A stretch of 63,126 nucleotides of DNA, the filler included, from Octopus bimaculoides (lineage: Eukaryota), in the NCBI RefSeq assembly GCF_001194135.2. It is 7 parts of 7 records of this genome, joined end to end, with 100 filler letters (N's around TTAATTAATTAA, not from the genome) between each part and the next. Parts side by side here need not be neighbours in the genome. Positions count along the whole stretch, not along the records: positions 19,888 to 28,859 come from NC_068989.1; positions 28,960 to 42,810 come from NC_068984.1; 5 more parts are not named here. One strand, given 5' to 3'. Position numbers and translations under genes: made by a program. Shown one piece after another: positions 27,502-40,000 of this stretch; position 1 is the stretch's first letter, and the number at the start of each line of letters is the position of its first letter. The notes below the pieces were generated by a model, which had not been told where the DNA came from, searched no databases, and was given only the letters and a program-made list of their open reading frames with translations.

Positions 27502-28288
27502 GGATCTTTTTGGTTTGACGGGCAACACTTGTTTTCTTAACGAAACACTTTCAAACTTGGGATACTGGTAGAATGTGTCATATAAAACGTATTTTTCTCT
27601 TAGCCTTCTTAACAAAAATTAGTTGTTAATAAGTTATTTCATGTTAAAGTTGTCGTATTTGTGTAATTTCAACCAATCACTGACGTCTATTGAGGTGAAA
27701 ACAATTACTGCCGTAACGGTGTTATGGGATCTTTTCCCTTGAATAAAATTAGTGCCGTTGTTTGTCAACAACAACTATCGGCGGTAGTTATTTATAACAT
27801 CGTTTGTGCGTTTGGGTTAGGGTTTTAGGGTTAGAGTTGGGGTCAGGGTTAGGGTTAGGGTTATGAGTGCGGTTATGGCAAAAATAATCATAACCCTAAC
27901 CGTAACCCTAAAACTAACTTTAACTCTAAAACCGGAACCCTAACCCTAAAACCCTAAAGCTAAAACCAGTACAAACGCACGAACGATGTTATAAATAACA
28001 GCACCGCCGATAGTTGTTGTTGACAAACAACGGCAATAATTTTATTCAAGGGAAAAGATCCCATAACACCGTTACGGTATTAATTGTTTTCACCTCAATA
28101 GACGTCAGTGATTGGTTGAAATTACACAAATACGACAACTTTTTACATGAAATAACTTCGAATACAAAATTTTTTATCTGTTCTATAAAACAAAATATAC
28201 AAATATACGAAGTTTGAAAGTGTTTCGGTACCAAAAACACTACATAAAACATAAATGAAAAATGTTGCCCGTCAAACTAAAAAGATCC
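27502..28288. mobile_element. Foldback (palindromic) non-autonomous DNA transposon with 8-bp TSD and telomere-repeat core
   Basis: TSD CAAATAGC at 27494-27501 and 28289-28296. Terminal IRs GGATCTTTTTGGTTTGACGGGCAACA and TGTTGCCCGTCAAACTAAAAAGATCC (1 mismatch in 26). Inner IR arms 27631-27814 and 27972-28158. Core 27815-27971 is TTAGGG-type, then CCCTAA-type repeats. Confidence 0.9.
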
Positions 28289-28826
28289 CAAATAGCATCA
28301 GTAAAGCGCCTACAATTCCAGGCCTTGCATCCGTTACTCCTCTAGAAAGCACACAAGAAAAGCATTGGAAAGATTTACTATCATCTACAAATTCTGGAAG
28401 TTAAAGAGTTCTGGCAGTTAAAGAAGCCAAACTTTCATATGCCCCATGGAATAAATTCTAAGAAGTAAAACAACAGAGAATACGAAGTGTCAACTGTTGA
28501 AATATCACATTAGAAGATAAGTGAACAAAGATGTTATAACAATTTCATCTTCAGAGGATCTCAGTTGTTTGATTTTGGAGGGGTTTTGTTTTTTTTGTTT
28601 TGTTTTTTTGTAGTGTAATCACATGTTGAAGATTTAAAACATCACCTGTATTATGTTCCCCTCCTGTGTCCCATATTAGCTATTTTCAAGAAAGCTCAAA
28701 TCACCGTGAAATAGCATCCAGAAAATCCCTCATTCACCGGCTACAAACATGCATGCTCACATACACACGTACATACGTACGCACGCACGCACGCACACAC
28801 ACACACACACGCACAAACAAACAAAC

Positions 28827-28859
<33 letters not shown>

Positions 28860-29079
28860 NNNNNNNNNNNNNNNNNNNNNNNNNNNNNNNNNNNNNNNNN
28901 NNNTTAATTAATTAANNNNNNNNNNNNNNNNNNNNNNNNNNNNNNNNNNNNNNNNNNNNTATATATATATATATATATATATAAATATACATATGTATGT
29001 ATATATATATATATATACATATGTATGTATATATATATATATGCATGTATATATGTATATATGTGTCTGTGTGCATGTA

Positions 29080-29115
<36 letters not shown>

Positions 29116-29725
29116 TGTTAATGATATTAACGTATATGTGTGTGTATGTGCATATAAATATATTCTATATGTATATTCCTTTATTTTTGTTTTCTTAGTT
29201 CTCTTTTTCATATGTAGCTTTTCTGATTATCTCCCCAAAGCAGTCTAAAAACCTGATTTATCAGCTCTTAGAGTTCTTATATTACAGAAAAAGACATTTA
29301 TCCCAAGCGCAATGCAGTAGAATCAAACCCAGCATCTCATCATTGTAATTGAAGTTTCTTAACCACACAGCTATTAATTTTTAATTTCTAAAGTTTATTT
29401 ATGGTTTCCATATTTTGTTTTTATTTTAAAAATTTATTCTGACTTATTAAGAATTTGGATTTTTTTCTTGTTTACATTGTGAATTTTATATTCTTTGTTC
29501 ATTTTTCAGTTTAATTTGTTTCACTTATTTTTTTTAATATATTTTGTCAATTCCATGCTGTCCTATTTTATTGTTCTTTTTGTTTGTTTTTGTTTTGTTA
29601 TTTGGTCTGGTTTGATTTTTTAAAATATTTTTATTGTTTAAATTAATTTATTTTCTGTTCCTTTAGGTTCTTAAATTTTTTAAGTTACTATTCATATTGC
29701 TTTGATTTTTTTTTAGAAATATATC

Positions 29726-29786
<61 letters not shown>

Positions 29787-30962
29787 GAGAGACAGACAGA
29801 GAGAAAATGGTAAAATGAGAATGCGTGTATTGGTCAAAAGGATTATCCAAAAATAGATATCTTTATATCGTTATATTTTAAGGAGCTTATCTTAAATTTC
29901 TTGGACCATTTATTTGTATTTTTGATTGTTCTTTTGTTGTTAGTCACTAAATGTTTGTGAGTATCAGTGTGTATGCGTGTTTTCCCTCTGTGTCTAATTC
30001 CTTAAATAATCTCTTATATGTTTACTAGTTTCAGACACTGAATTTTGGTCAAGCATAGGCATCACATTCAAGGTTATCGTTAATTATAATGACCCCCAGG
30101 AATTATTTTATTGATCTCAGAAACATGAAAGACAATTTGAGCCTGAGCAGGAGTTTGAACTCATGACATAAAGAATCAAACCAAATGCTGCCAGCTACAA
30201 TTCTGCAATCGACACCAACATTTTATTGTTGTTGTTGTTGTTGTTGATGTTTAGACCAAATCAACTCTAATCGAGCAGGTTTATAACCAAAGGCAACATT
30301 CGATGCCTCCTGCTGCATTTCAGATAGCCAGGAATTATCTGAGTGTAATTTAACTACTATTTCTAACAGTTCAAGTGGCCACATCATATCTCCTTCTTGG
30401 CTTAATCACTAATAGTGTGGAATGAATTTAACAACCAATCAATATGGTGAATCACTTTGCAAATATTAAAATATTAAGATACCAAATTCTGAATTCAACA
30501 CATTTGTATTCATATATAAAATGTGCGATGTACAATATGAACAAAATACATAATATGTATGCAAAGTATAAACAGCAGAGCATGTAAAATGTACAATAAT
30601 CTTTAAATGAATTATTTGACAGCAAACTGAAAAATGTTCTCCTCATATTTAGATATATCTGATGATAAAGTTAGTACTGGTAGAATCAGTAATTTATTTC
30701 ACATAGTTGAGTTTGGATTAATCTACAAATTGGTGTTGGTTAGCAGCAATTCATCCTTCATTGAGTAAATCTATGATCTAAACAGTCTGTTTATGTCTGT
30801 CTCATCTTTTTTAGATATATATGACCATATTAAGGGCTTACCTAGGAATAGTGATGCCAATAACTTGGTGTTAGAACTCAAAATGGAGATATGCTTCAGA
30901 ATAAAGCATTAGTTGAGTACAAAGCATAATATGAAATTAAGTAAATGACAAAGGAACAAGAA

Positions 30963-31064
30963 ACTTCATTAGCTTACTGATGTTTCTGCTATAAGGTGCA
31001 GTGCACTCAGAACTGAGTGCTTGTGCATCACCTTATAACAGAAACAGCGATAAGCTAATGAAGT
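30963..31064. other. Isolated imperfect hairpin of 102 nt (pre-miRNA-like or mini-MITE remnant)
   Basis: ACTTCATTAGCTTA...TTTCTGCTATAAGGTG...GCACTCAG AA CTGAGTGC...CACCTTATAACAGAAA...TAAGCTAATGAAGT. Confidence 0.55.
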
Positions 31065-31354
31065 CCATTGCAAAATTTCCTGTTCCTTTCTTATTTATTT
31101 AATTATGTAGCTATGGCTATGTAGTCCAACATATCTTTATTTTAATTAAGGAAATAGATTTAGCTTAGAGAAATAACTCAAATATGTCAAAATGCATGAA
31201 ATAAGAGAAAGGGATCATGATTTGAATAGTGTACACAAAAACATTATTGAACTTTACTTCTGCGTTTGAGAGTAAAAAAACCCCAAATCATACAATAGTT
31301 GTTAGTAACTCTACATTAATGTTATGGAGAGATATTTTCAAGAAGTTAAGATTA

Positions 31355-31760
31355 GGCGCAGGAGTGGCTGTGTGGTAAGTAGCTTGCTTACCAACCACAT
31401 GTTTCTGGGTTCAGTCCCACTGCGTGGCACCTTGGGCAAGTGTCTTCTACTATAGCCTCGGGCCGACCAAAGCCTTGTAAGTGGATTTGGTAGACAGAAA
31501 CTGAAAGAAGCCCGTCGTATATATGTGTATATATATGTGTGTGTGCGTGTTTGTGTGTCTGTGTTTGTCCCCCTAACATCGCTTGACAACCGATGGTAGT
31601 GTGTTTACGTCCCCGTAACTTAGCAGTTCGGCAAAAGTGACTGATAGAATAAGTACTAGGCTTACAAAGAATAAGTCCTGGGGTCGATTTGCTCGACTAA
31701 AGGCGGTGCTCCAGCATGGCCACAGTCAAATGACTGAAACAAGTAAAAGAGTAAAAGAGT
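31355..31760 (+). mobile_element. Full-length young SINE family A (tRNA-like head, internal microsatellite, GTAAAAGA tail)
   Basis: GGCGCAGGAGTGGCTGTGTGG (A box), GGGTTCAGTCCC (B box), CCTTGGGCAAG, (TA/TG)n at about 31518-31560, and tail AAGTAAAAGAGTAAAAGAGT. Confidence 0.9.
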
Positions 31761-32133
31761 ATTTAATCTCATGAAATTAATTCACATGTTTAAAGGAAAA
31801 TCTGATCCTTACTTGAGGTTAAATGTAAACCATGGATGTCTTGGTATTATTGGAATCCAACATTATAGTATAGTGTGCTCAAGCTTGCTTTGCTCTGTAT
31901 TTTACACACACTGAGAAAATGTATAACAAAAACTTTATATATAAAGGGATAAAATCCTTTTTTCCTGGTCTTAAAAGGATTTTATCCTTTATATATACTG
32001 TTCAGTATTTACATGTTGAAAAATATATCTTTGTAATATATATATATATATACATATAAGTACATACATACATATATATATCTAACATATGGTATAATTA
32101 TAATCAAGGCAAATTTTAGCCATTTTTCTGCAG

Positions 32134-33300
32134 ATTGAAAAAAAATGATGAACAACCTTAATCGATCATTTGAACCTTATTGGGTTCTCATCAGAGAGGT
32201 CCACACCATTCCAATAATCTTCAGAGAAACAAGCAGCCAAACCATTTATATACTCAACAAATGCAGCAGTTACTCTATGAAGGAGTCCCTAATTTGCATA
32301 CCAAAAGTGTTTAACACTCTATAAATGCCAGCAGCCTGTCAACGGGGATCTTAGTCCACACAGTATCAAGGTATGATATAATAAATACGTATGTATGTAC
32401 CTAAATACATATATAAATGCTTTTTAATTTTTTTTAAGCCAAAGCAGTTTAATTTATAAGAAATAATACAAATCGACAGTTTGTACTTTTACCTTATATT
32501 TCAATGTCTTGGAATCAGTGCGTGTGTATATGAGGGGTTGCTTAGCATGCACAGAGAATTACTATTGTAGCCAGTCAGCTGGTTGTAGATCAGTTCTGTT
32601 GTTAACACATGGGTTGAGTTAGCTAATTAAGATGACTTCTTTTATTATCAGTTTCCCAATGTTTTGTTCTGTGGCTTTAATGGAAACCTAGATGTATTGG
32701 GTAAGGCATTTCTCAAGTTGTTTTTGACAGAATAAACATTAGAGAACAGGTGATCATTAACCCTTAAGTGTAGTTGTCCAATGACATTTCTGATCAAGGA
32801 TCTCTTGAAAGTACTATACATGTTTTATATACCATGTAGGAGTATAGACAGGTATTTTCATCATTGATTGTATAGTTGGACAATATAAAAATGGCGTTGA
32901 TTTGTGTTGGCCAATTTTCAGTTAGGACATTCCTCAAAGAATCTGCTTTGAGAGTTTTAGTAATGTACTGTCCATGACTAACACTTATCCTTATTTCTTA
33001 CATCACCAAATTTTCATCAACTGATTTCATTAAGTTTGATTCTCTTGTTAGTTGATTTTAGATTTTAGACACTTCTAGAAGAAGTTTTAGTCAACTAATG
33101 GATTCGATCATTTTCAATCATGGAAGTGTTTACAACTTGCGGTATTGCGTATCTGATGCCTTACCATGTTTAAGATAGAAAAATGTTTTGCTAATTTCAA
33201 CAATATTTTGGTCTTTGTGCTGCAATTTTCTTTCAGCTTTTGAATGAAGAAATTTAACAGAAAGCTAAACAGATTGGCTGATAATATTATAGATATTTGG
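32134..33300 (+). ncRNA. Candidate non-coding or 5'UTR exons (32134-32370, 32652-32700, 33237-?)
   Basis: Splice pairs TTTTTCTGCAG|ATT...AAG|GTATGA and CTTCTTTTATTATCAG|TTT...TGG|GTAAGG, plus acceptor TTTTCTTTCAG| with an upstream CTAAT. The first exon has stops in all three frames. No transcript evidence. Confidence 0.3.
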
Positions 33301-33543
33301 ACAGAGGACTGACATTTGAAATTTTAACATTGAAAATCTATATGTTTATGCCTGTGTGCTTCATTGTGTATGTATAATGTGTGTGTATTTGTGTGTTTGT
33401 GTTTTATTTTATGCCGACCAAATTATCTTTGCTGCCAAAATTAACATACATGTTTATATATATATCTATATATATATAATTGTATATACAAGAATACAGC
33501 TATAAATACATATATTTCAAGATAAACATACATATACATTGAA

Positions 33544-33629
<86 letters not shown>

Positions 33630-34022
33630 ATATATATGACCATGTGGATGTTGGTGTGCATATATATAAGTATATATGTATGTAAATATTTATATTAATG
33701 CATCTATATATATGCATATGTATGCGTATTTATCTATGCACTCATACACACACACACATAATATGGCATATACGTTAACGTGTTGGAACGAGAAGGGTAG
33801 CATACTAAGTCGGATGTTTTGTTATCATATTGATATTATTGCGGTCAGTTATTGGTCATTGATCGTCAAATCCTTCTTTTGATAATACACAACTTTAATT
33901 ACCGACCATTGACTGCAATCATTGGGGGAAAATGAAATCATTAGAAATTATTGGCTTTTGTTCTTTGGTCTATACATTTATACACGCACATACATATAAT
34001 ATATACATACAATATATACATA

Positions 34023-34095
<73 letters not shown>

Positions 34096-34607
34096 GTATA
34101 CACACATATGCATACATACATACATATATATATATGTCTATATGTCTATACTTGATGTCTATATGAGGTGATTCCTCGGGATGACTGCCATAGTCTATAG
34201 TGTTCCTAACAACCCATCCAAGTTGGATGTGCAAATTGGTATATTTATACACACACACACACACACACACACACATATCTGTATGTGTGAATGTGTGTGC
34301 ATGCATGTATGTGTGTGTGTATCTGTGTGTGTATGTTTGAGTGTTTCTGTACTCATATACTCAAAGAAGCAGCCAACAAGGGAGTGTCAGTATAGTTGCC
34401 CAGACTGTTTTTCTTTTGTTTTGCCAATAACTAGTAACTAAATGTCTCTCTCTTCCCATTTCCCTGTCTTCTTATATGGAACATCATACTGGATAATATA
34501 ATCCTGAACAGATTATGTCTGAAAAAGTAGTCACACTGAAGCAATAGTTATGAATGGAATGCTTGGACCACAGGGGTGCTCTGTCAGAGCTAACAAGGAG
34601 ATTTAGT

Positions 34608-34618
34608 GACTACTACTG

Positions 34619-34670
<52 letters not shown>

Positions 34671-34716
34671 CACCACCACTATTACTACCACCACCACTAC
34701 CACTACTACCATCACC

Positions 34717-34751
<35 letters not shown>

Positions 34752-34874
34752 GACTACTACTACTACGACTACTACTACTACTGCTACTACTACTACTACC
34801 ACCACCACCACTACTACTACCACCACCACCACCACCATCACTACTACTACTACTAAGACTACTACTACTACCAC
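34608..34874. repeat. (ACT)n/(ACC)n mosaic microsatellite
   Basis: Direct reading; it produces the poly-T/V/Y/H ORFs in the track. Confidence 0.95.
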
Positions 34875-35698
34875 NNNNNNNNNNNNNNNNNNNNNNNNNN
34901 NNNNNNNNNNNNNNNNNNNNNNNNNNNNNNNNNNNNNNNNNNNNNNNNNNNNNNNNNNNNNNNNNNNNNNNNNNNNNNNNNNNNNNNNNNNNNNNNNNNN
35001 NNNNNNNNNNNNNNNNNNNNNNNNNNNNNNNNNNNNNNNNNNNNNNNNNNNNNNNNNNNNNNNNNNNNNNNNNNNNNNNNNNNNNNNNNNNNNNNNNNNN
35101 NNNNNNNNNNNNNNNNNNNNNNNNNNNNNNNNNNNNNNNNNNNNNNNNNNNNNNNNNNNNNNNNNNNNNNNNNNNNNNNNNNNNNNNNNTCCATATTCTG
35201 AGGAATTTTAGATCTTGAAAAAAAGATCTAAGAAAATTTCATAGAAGGTCCTGAGCTCTTGTGTCACTGCCATCATAGGCAGCCATATCTTTCTGCCCAA
35301 TTTTCTTATAAATGCTTGAAGAGTTTCTTATCTATGTAGGTTAATCTGTTTCAAGTCCGTTTAGAGGTAGACAGGCTTGAAAGTAGACCTGGAACAGAGA
35401 GGGCATCTCATTGATGAAGTTGTGGATGATAATGAAAGATACTAGGAAAAGTGTGGCTAATTGTTTGATAATCTGAATGACTGATTAAGCAATTGGATTG
35501 TTAATTGGTTAAATATTTATGAATTGACTAACAATGATAATAATAAAAGTGAAATTGAACCAACCAGTGAATGTTTCTTTGTAATAATACAAACATTCCT
35601 GAAATACAACACATTGTTTCAGCTCAGGAGATCACATCAAAATTCTTGCAAAGCAAATAAAAAATTATACAAGATTATTCTTTTATAATTACTATATT

Positions 35699-35910
35699 AC
35701 TCTTTTACTCTTTTACTTGTTTCAGTCATTTGACTGTGGCCATGCTGGAGCACCGCCTTTAGTCGAGCAAATCGACCCCAGGACTTATTCTTTGTAAGCC
35801 TAGTACTTATTCTATCGGTCTCTTTTTGCCGAACCACTAAGTTACGGGGGACGTAAACACACCAGCACCAGTTGTCAAGCGATGATGGGGGGACAAACAC
35901 AGACACACAA

Positions 35911-35944
<34 letters not shown>

Positions 35945-36105
35945 ATATATATGATGGGCTTCTTTCAGTTTCTGTCTACCAAACCCACTCACAAGGCTTT
36001 GGTCGGCCCGAGGCTATAGTAGAAGACACTTGCCCAAGGTGCCACGCAGTGGGACTGAACCCAGAACCATGTGGTTGGTAAGCAAGCTACTTACAGTCAC
36101 TCCTG
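35699..36105 (-). mobile_element. Near full-length young SINE family A
   Basis: Reverse complement closely matches 31355-31760, including tail ACTCTTTTACTCTTTTACTT. Confidence 0.9.
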
Positions 36106-36341
36106 GAACAACCGTGTGTTGGTGCTTCATTGGATGGAATATGATTTGTAGTGATCTACTATTAAAGCCTGATATTCTTCATCCTTGTGTTATATTATTC
36201 TTATATTAATCTTATGAACAGAGGAGTTTCACATGTGTAACTAGCCCTGGAAAATGTCCTACTGTAGAATAACATGTGGTAGCCAAACAATGGCAGAAGA
36301 CCTCTTGAATGTACATTACAAGCTTTTCACCTGAATTATTC

Positions 36342-36385
<44 letters not shown>

Positions 36386-36411
36386 CACACACAAACACAC
36401 ACACAAAAGGT

Positions 36412-36639
36412 GTAAATAACGGTTATTACATATCTTTCCTTTATGAGAGTAAATTTGGCTTACAGCTGTTTCCAGTAATCATTAGGGGTACATTACTGAT
36501 AGGTTTCCTCAATTGGTATATTGATCAGCTGAGAAAAATTGAGTAAACTTATAAGTAACATACTTAAAATGATTACTGGAAACAACTGTAAGCCAAATTT
36601 ACTCTGATAAAGGAAAAATATGTTATGACCATTATTTAC
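36412..36639. mobile_element. Palindromic MITE with about 70-bp imperfect IRs
   Basis: TTCCTTTATGAGAGTAAATTTGGCTTACAGCTGTTTCCAGTAATCATT pairs with AATGATTACTGGAAACAACTGTAAGCCAAATTTACTCTGATAAAGGAA. TSD not resolved. Confidence 0.7.
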
Positions 36640-37003
36640 CTAGTTGATTTCATGGTTTTTTTTCTCTTTAAATATACACACACATACATAAATAGATACA
36701 GACACACACATAGAGGAACAGATGACACATGCATCTGCACACACACATATCTATATATGTTCATAAATACATGCAAATATGCATGTGTGTATATATACAC
36801 ATATGTATATATGTACATGTGTATACATGCATGTGTGTGTATATATATGTATATACATGAGTGTGTATGTGTATATATATGTGTGTGTGTGTGGGTAAAT
36901 ATCTATACATACATTTACACATATATAGGCATAAATACTTATATGAATATGTATTTGTGTATGCATATATATATATATATTTACATACATACACATAAAT
37001 ATA

Positions 37004-37042
<39 letters not shown>

Positions 37043-38810
37043 TAGATATCCCTCTTCCACTTTATATATATGTATATTTAAACACATGCACTTATGTGTG
37101 TGCATGTGTGTGCTGTGCATGTTTGCCTCTACTTATCCATCAATTTATATCGATCAGATAAAAGGATTTTAATTACATTTAAAATCCCTTTGTGCATTAA
37201 AAGTAACAATGTTGAAACATTAGGTCTCTTTCTGTTGTTGCCGAGGTTATTGTTGTTGTCATTGCTTATTTTGTAGCTGGTAGTGGTAGCGATGTTAGTC
37301 TGTTGGGTGATGATTGGTATTGTTGATTGTGATGATGATGATGATGACAACAATGATGATGATGGTGATGATGAAATATAGCTAATGACTGTGGTAACCA
37401 GGACCTCAGATTGAGTGCATCTATTTCATGTCAGCTTTAGGGAAAATGATACTAATTATAGTTTTTGATTATGGAACAAGGCCAATAACTCCCAGAGGAG
37501 TGTATCAAGCAATACCACTGACATCCAATATTTAACTGGTACTTTATTTTATCCATCCCAAATGGATGAAAGGTGAAGTTAACCTTAGTGGGATTTGAAT
37601 TTGGAACATAAAAAAATTGGAATCAATACAATAAGGTATTTTTTCTGATGCTGTAATGATTCCCCCACTTCACCACCTTTTTCAAGCTCAGTCATTTCCT
37701 GATGTTACCAATGATGCTGCTACTGATGTTGATGGTTCATGATAACGACGATGATGATGATGATAGTGGTGTTGTTTTATGAAAACCCTTCTTATAGTTT
37801 AGGTAGTTGTTGTGTTTGTTATTGTAGTTATGGCTGTTGCTGTTTATGTTGTAGTTGTTTGATACCAAGTGAGATCTGACTGATCTGAACAATGATCTGT
37901 CCAGTCTAGCAATCTCATTCCATTCTGATTATGTCTCCAGAACAACATTAACTTACATAATTGCTCCTATTATGAGTTACTAATATGATATTTGTTGATG
38001 ATTTGACTGGCATTTCTAGCAGGCTGATCTACCATGTCGATGCCTCCCTCTAGTTAATTGTTAATAATGTCATGTTAACAGAGAGTCTTTGTGATTGGTA
38101 TTGGTTGATGAGGATGGAGGTGGGCTCTGGACTGTAGATGACAGTTGATAATTCATATAGCTTCACTTATCTGGACAGCAGTTTTGCAGATGGTGTAAAA
38201 TGTGGACTAAAAATTCATACAGTATTTAGTTTCACCCCTCTGCATTGCAGGTTCAATTTTGTCAGTGTCAACTTTGCTTTTGCCCATTCAGAGTCTATTA
38301 TGTTTCTTTATTGGCCACACAGGGCTGAACACAGAGGGGACAAAATACAAAGTAGAGCTTTTCTTTTTGGGAAGGAAAAAGAAAAAAACGCGGGTAGGGG
38401 TAGAATTTCGATCAAAAGGGATCATGGAAAAAAAAAGTAGGGGGGAACCAATCAATAGGGATCATGTATCACAGAAATGTCATAGTGTAAAATGGGAAAC
38501 AGATTAGGTTTATCCGTAGAAAGAAAAGCCTACGGAAAAGACCACGGTAACCTTGGGCAATAATGTCAAGCAAAAAACACATTACAGTAAGTGACTCTTT
38601 TTTTCCTTTCTTTTTCTGGTTCATAGAATTATGCTCAAGGTGGCTCTGTCATTCACACGTGCCATCCTTGCTACATTTACCCATCTTCTTTTGAAACATT
38701 CACTGATCATTCAATAAGGGAAGTGTGATTAATTTGACTTAATTAGAGGTGAGCAACCTGCAGTGATAGTGTTGTGTAGCGTTCTAAGTAATGTACAATG
38801 TTTGTAGAAA

Positions 38811-40000
38811 AACCAGTATATTGGAAAATATTTTTTGAGCTAACTTTATTCAAATGTTGTCTTTTCAATTCAGTGTGAATTTCGGAAATACTTACAAATG
38901 TTCCAAGCTCACTTCTCAACCTTCTTGGATTTGTATAAAGTGAAGCAGCAATTTGAGTAAAGCTGCCCTTCTATGTGCTTCTTGTAGTGATGTAGTTTCC
39001 ATCTAGTATCTCAAATAAAAATTTGTCTAAATGTTCTTTTAACATATCCACATCAGTGTCTCATAAATCTCTGAAATTTTTTGGCAAGGTATTGGAAAGC
39101 TGTGGACCTTTAAACCTTTAGCTGTTATGATACTGAATTCTTACTTTGTGAAGAAACCAGTATATTGGAAAATGATTTTTGAGCTAGATTTATTTAAATG
39201 CTATCTTTCCAATTCATTGTGAATTTCAGAAACAATTACCAGTATTCCAAATTCATTCCTCAACTTTCTCCTTGGATTTGTATCCAGTGGAGCAGTGATT
39301 TCAACAAAGCTGTCCTTCTATGTACTTCTTGCCATAATGTGGTTTCCATTTAGTATCTCAGATAGAAACTTGTCTAAATGTCTTTTTTGAGCACCTCCAC
39401 ATCAGTGCCTCATAAATCTTCAAAGTTTTTTTGGCAAGGTATTGAAAAGCTGTGGACCCTCGAACATTAAGCTGTTACAATATTTAGATGGAGAGAAGAG
39501 GATCTTTGATACTATACAATGGCATCAGGTTGAAGTATTGCTATAACTTTCAATCTCAAAGTTAGGTGCTAGAGTCTCCAGGACCTTTTACACACACACA
39601 CTACTGCATATTTTTTGGATCTGCTCTTTGAAGAGTATAGTAGAGACTCAGTTCTTTCAGCCTCTTCCTGTAGCTCATATGTTGCACTCTCTGTTGGATT
39701 GCCAGTAGCTCATATGAAGCAAACTTTGTTCGATTGTCATCATTTCATATCAAGCAATCTTTGTTGGATTGTCTCAAGCTCTACAGTTAGATTGGTGCTT
39801 TATGACAAACATAATTAGGAGAAGTAGTCTCTCTATAGAAGTGCTCTATAGAAGTGCTCTCTATAGAATTAACATGGTTTCCTTTCCACTTGTTCTGATT
39901 GACTTTAGAATCTAGCCAACCAATTACCTGAATACTGCTGCCATCTTAATAATATGCACACTGCTTAATACATGGAAATCTAAAATAATTTCAAGAAAGA
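38811..40000 (-). mobile_element. Decayed CR1/L2-group LINE ORF2 3' region with tandemly duplicated 3' end
   Basis: Minus strand gives MSYWQ (near 39705), NSLMFEGPQLFNTLPK and RHLDKFLSEI. A second copy (FKGPQLSNTLP) lies 344 bp away (38811-39130 versus 39155-39480). The boundary near 40000 is approximate. Confidence 0.7.

Noticed and set aside
27815-27971. Ancient chromosome end-to-end fusion site
   Set aside because: The array is tiny and enclosed by TIRs and an exact 8-bp TSD, so it arrived as part of a transposon.
34554-35211. Poly-Thr mucin-like ORF
   Set aside because: Pure (ACT/ACC)n running into a gap, with no signal peptide or unique coding context.
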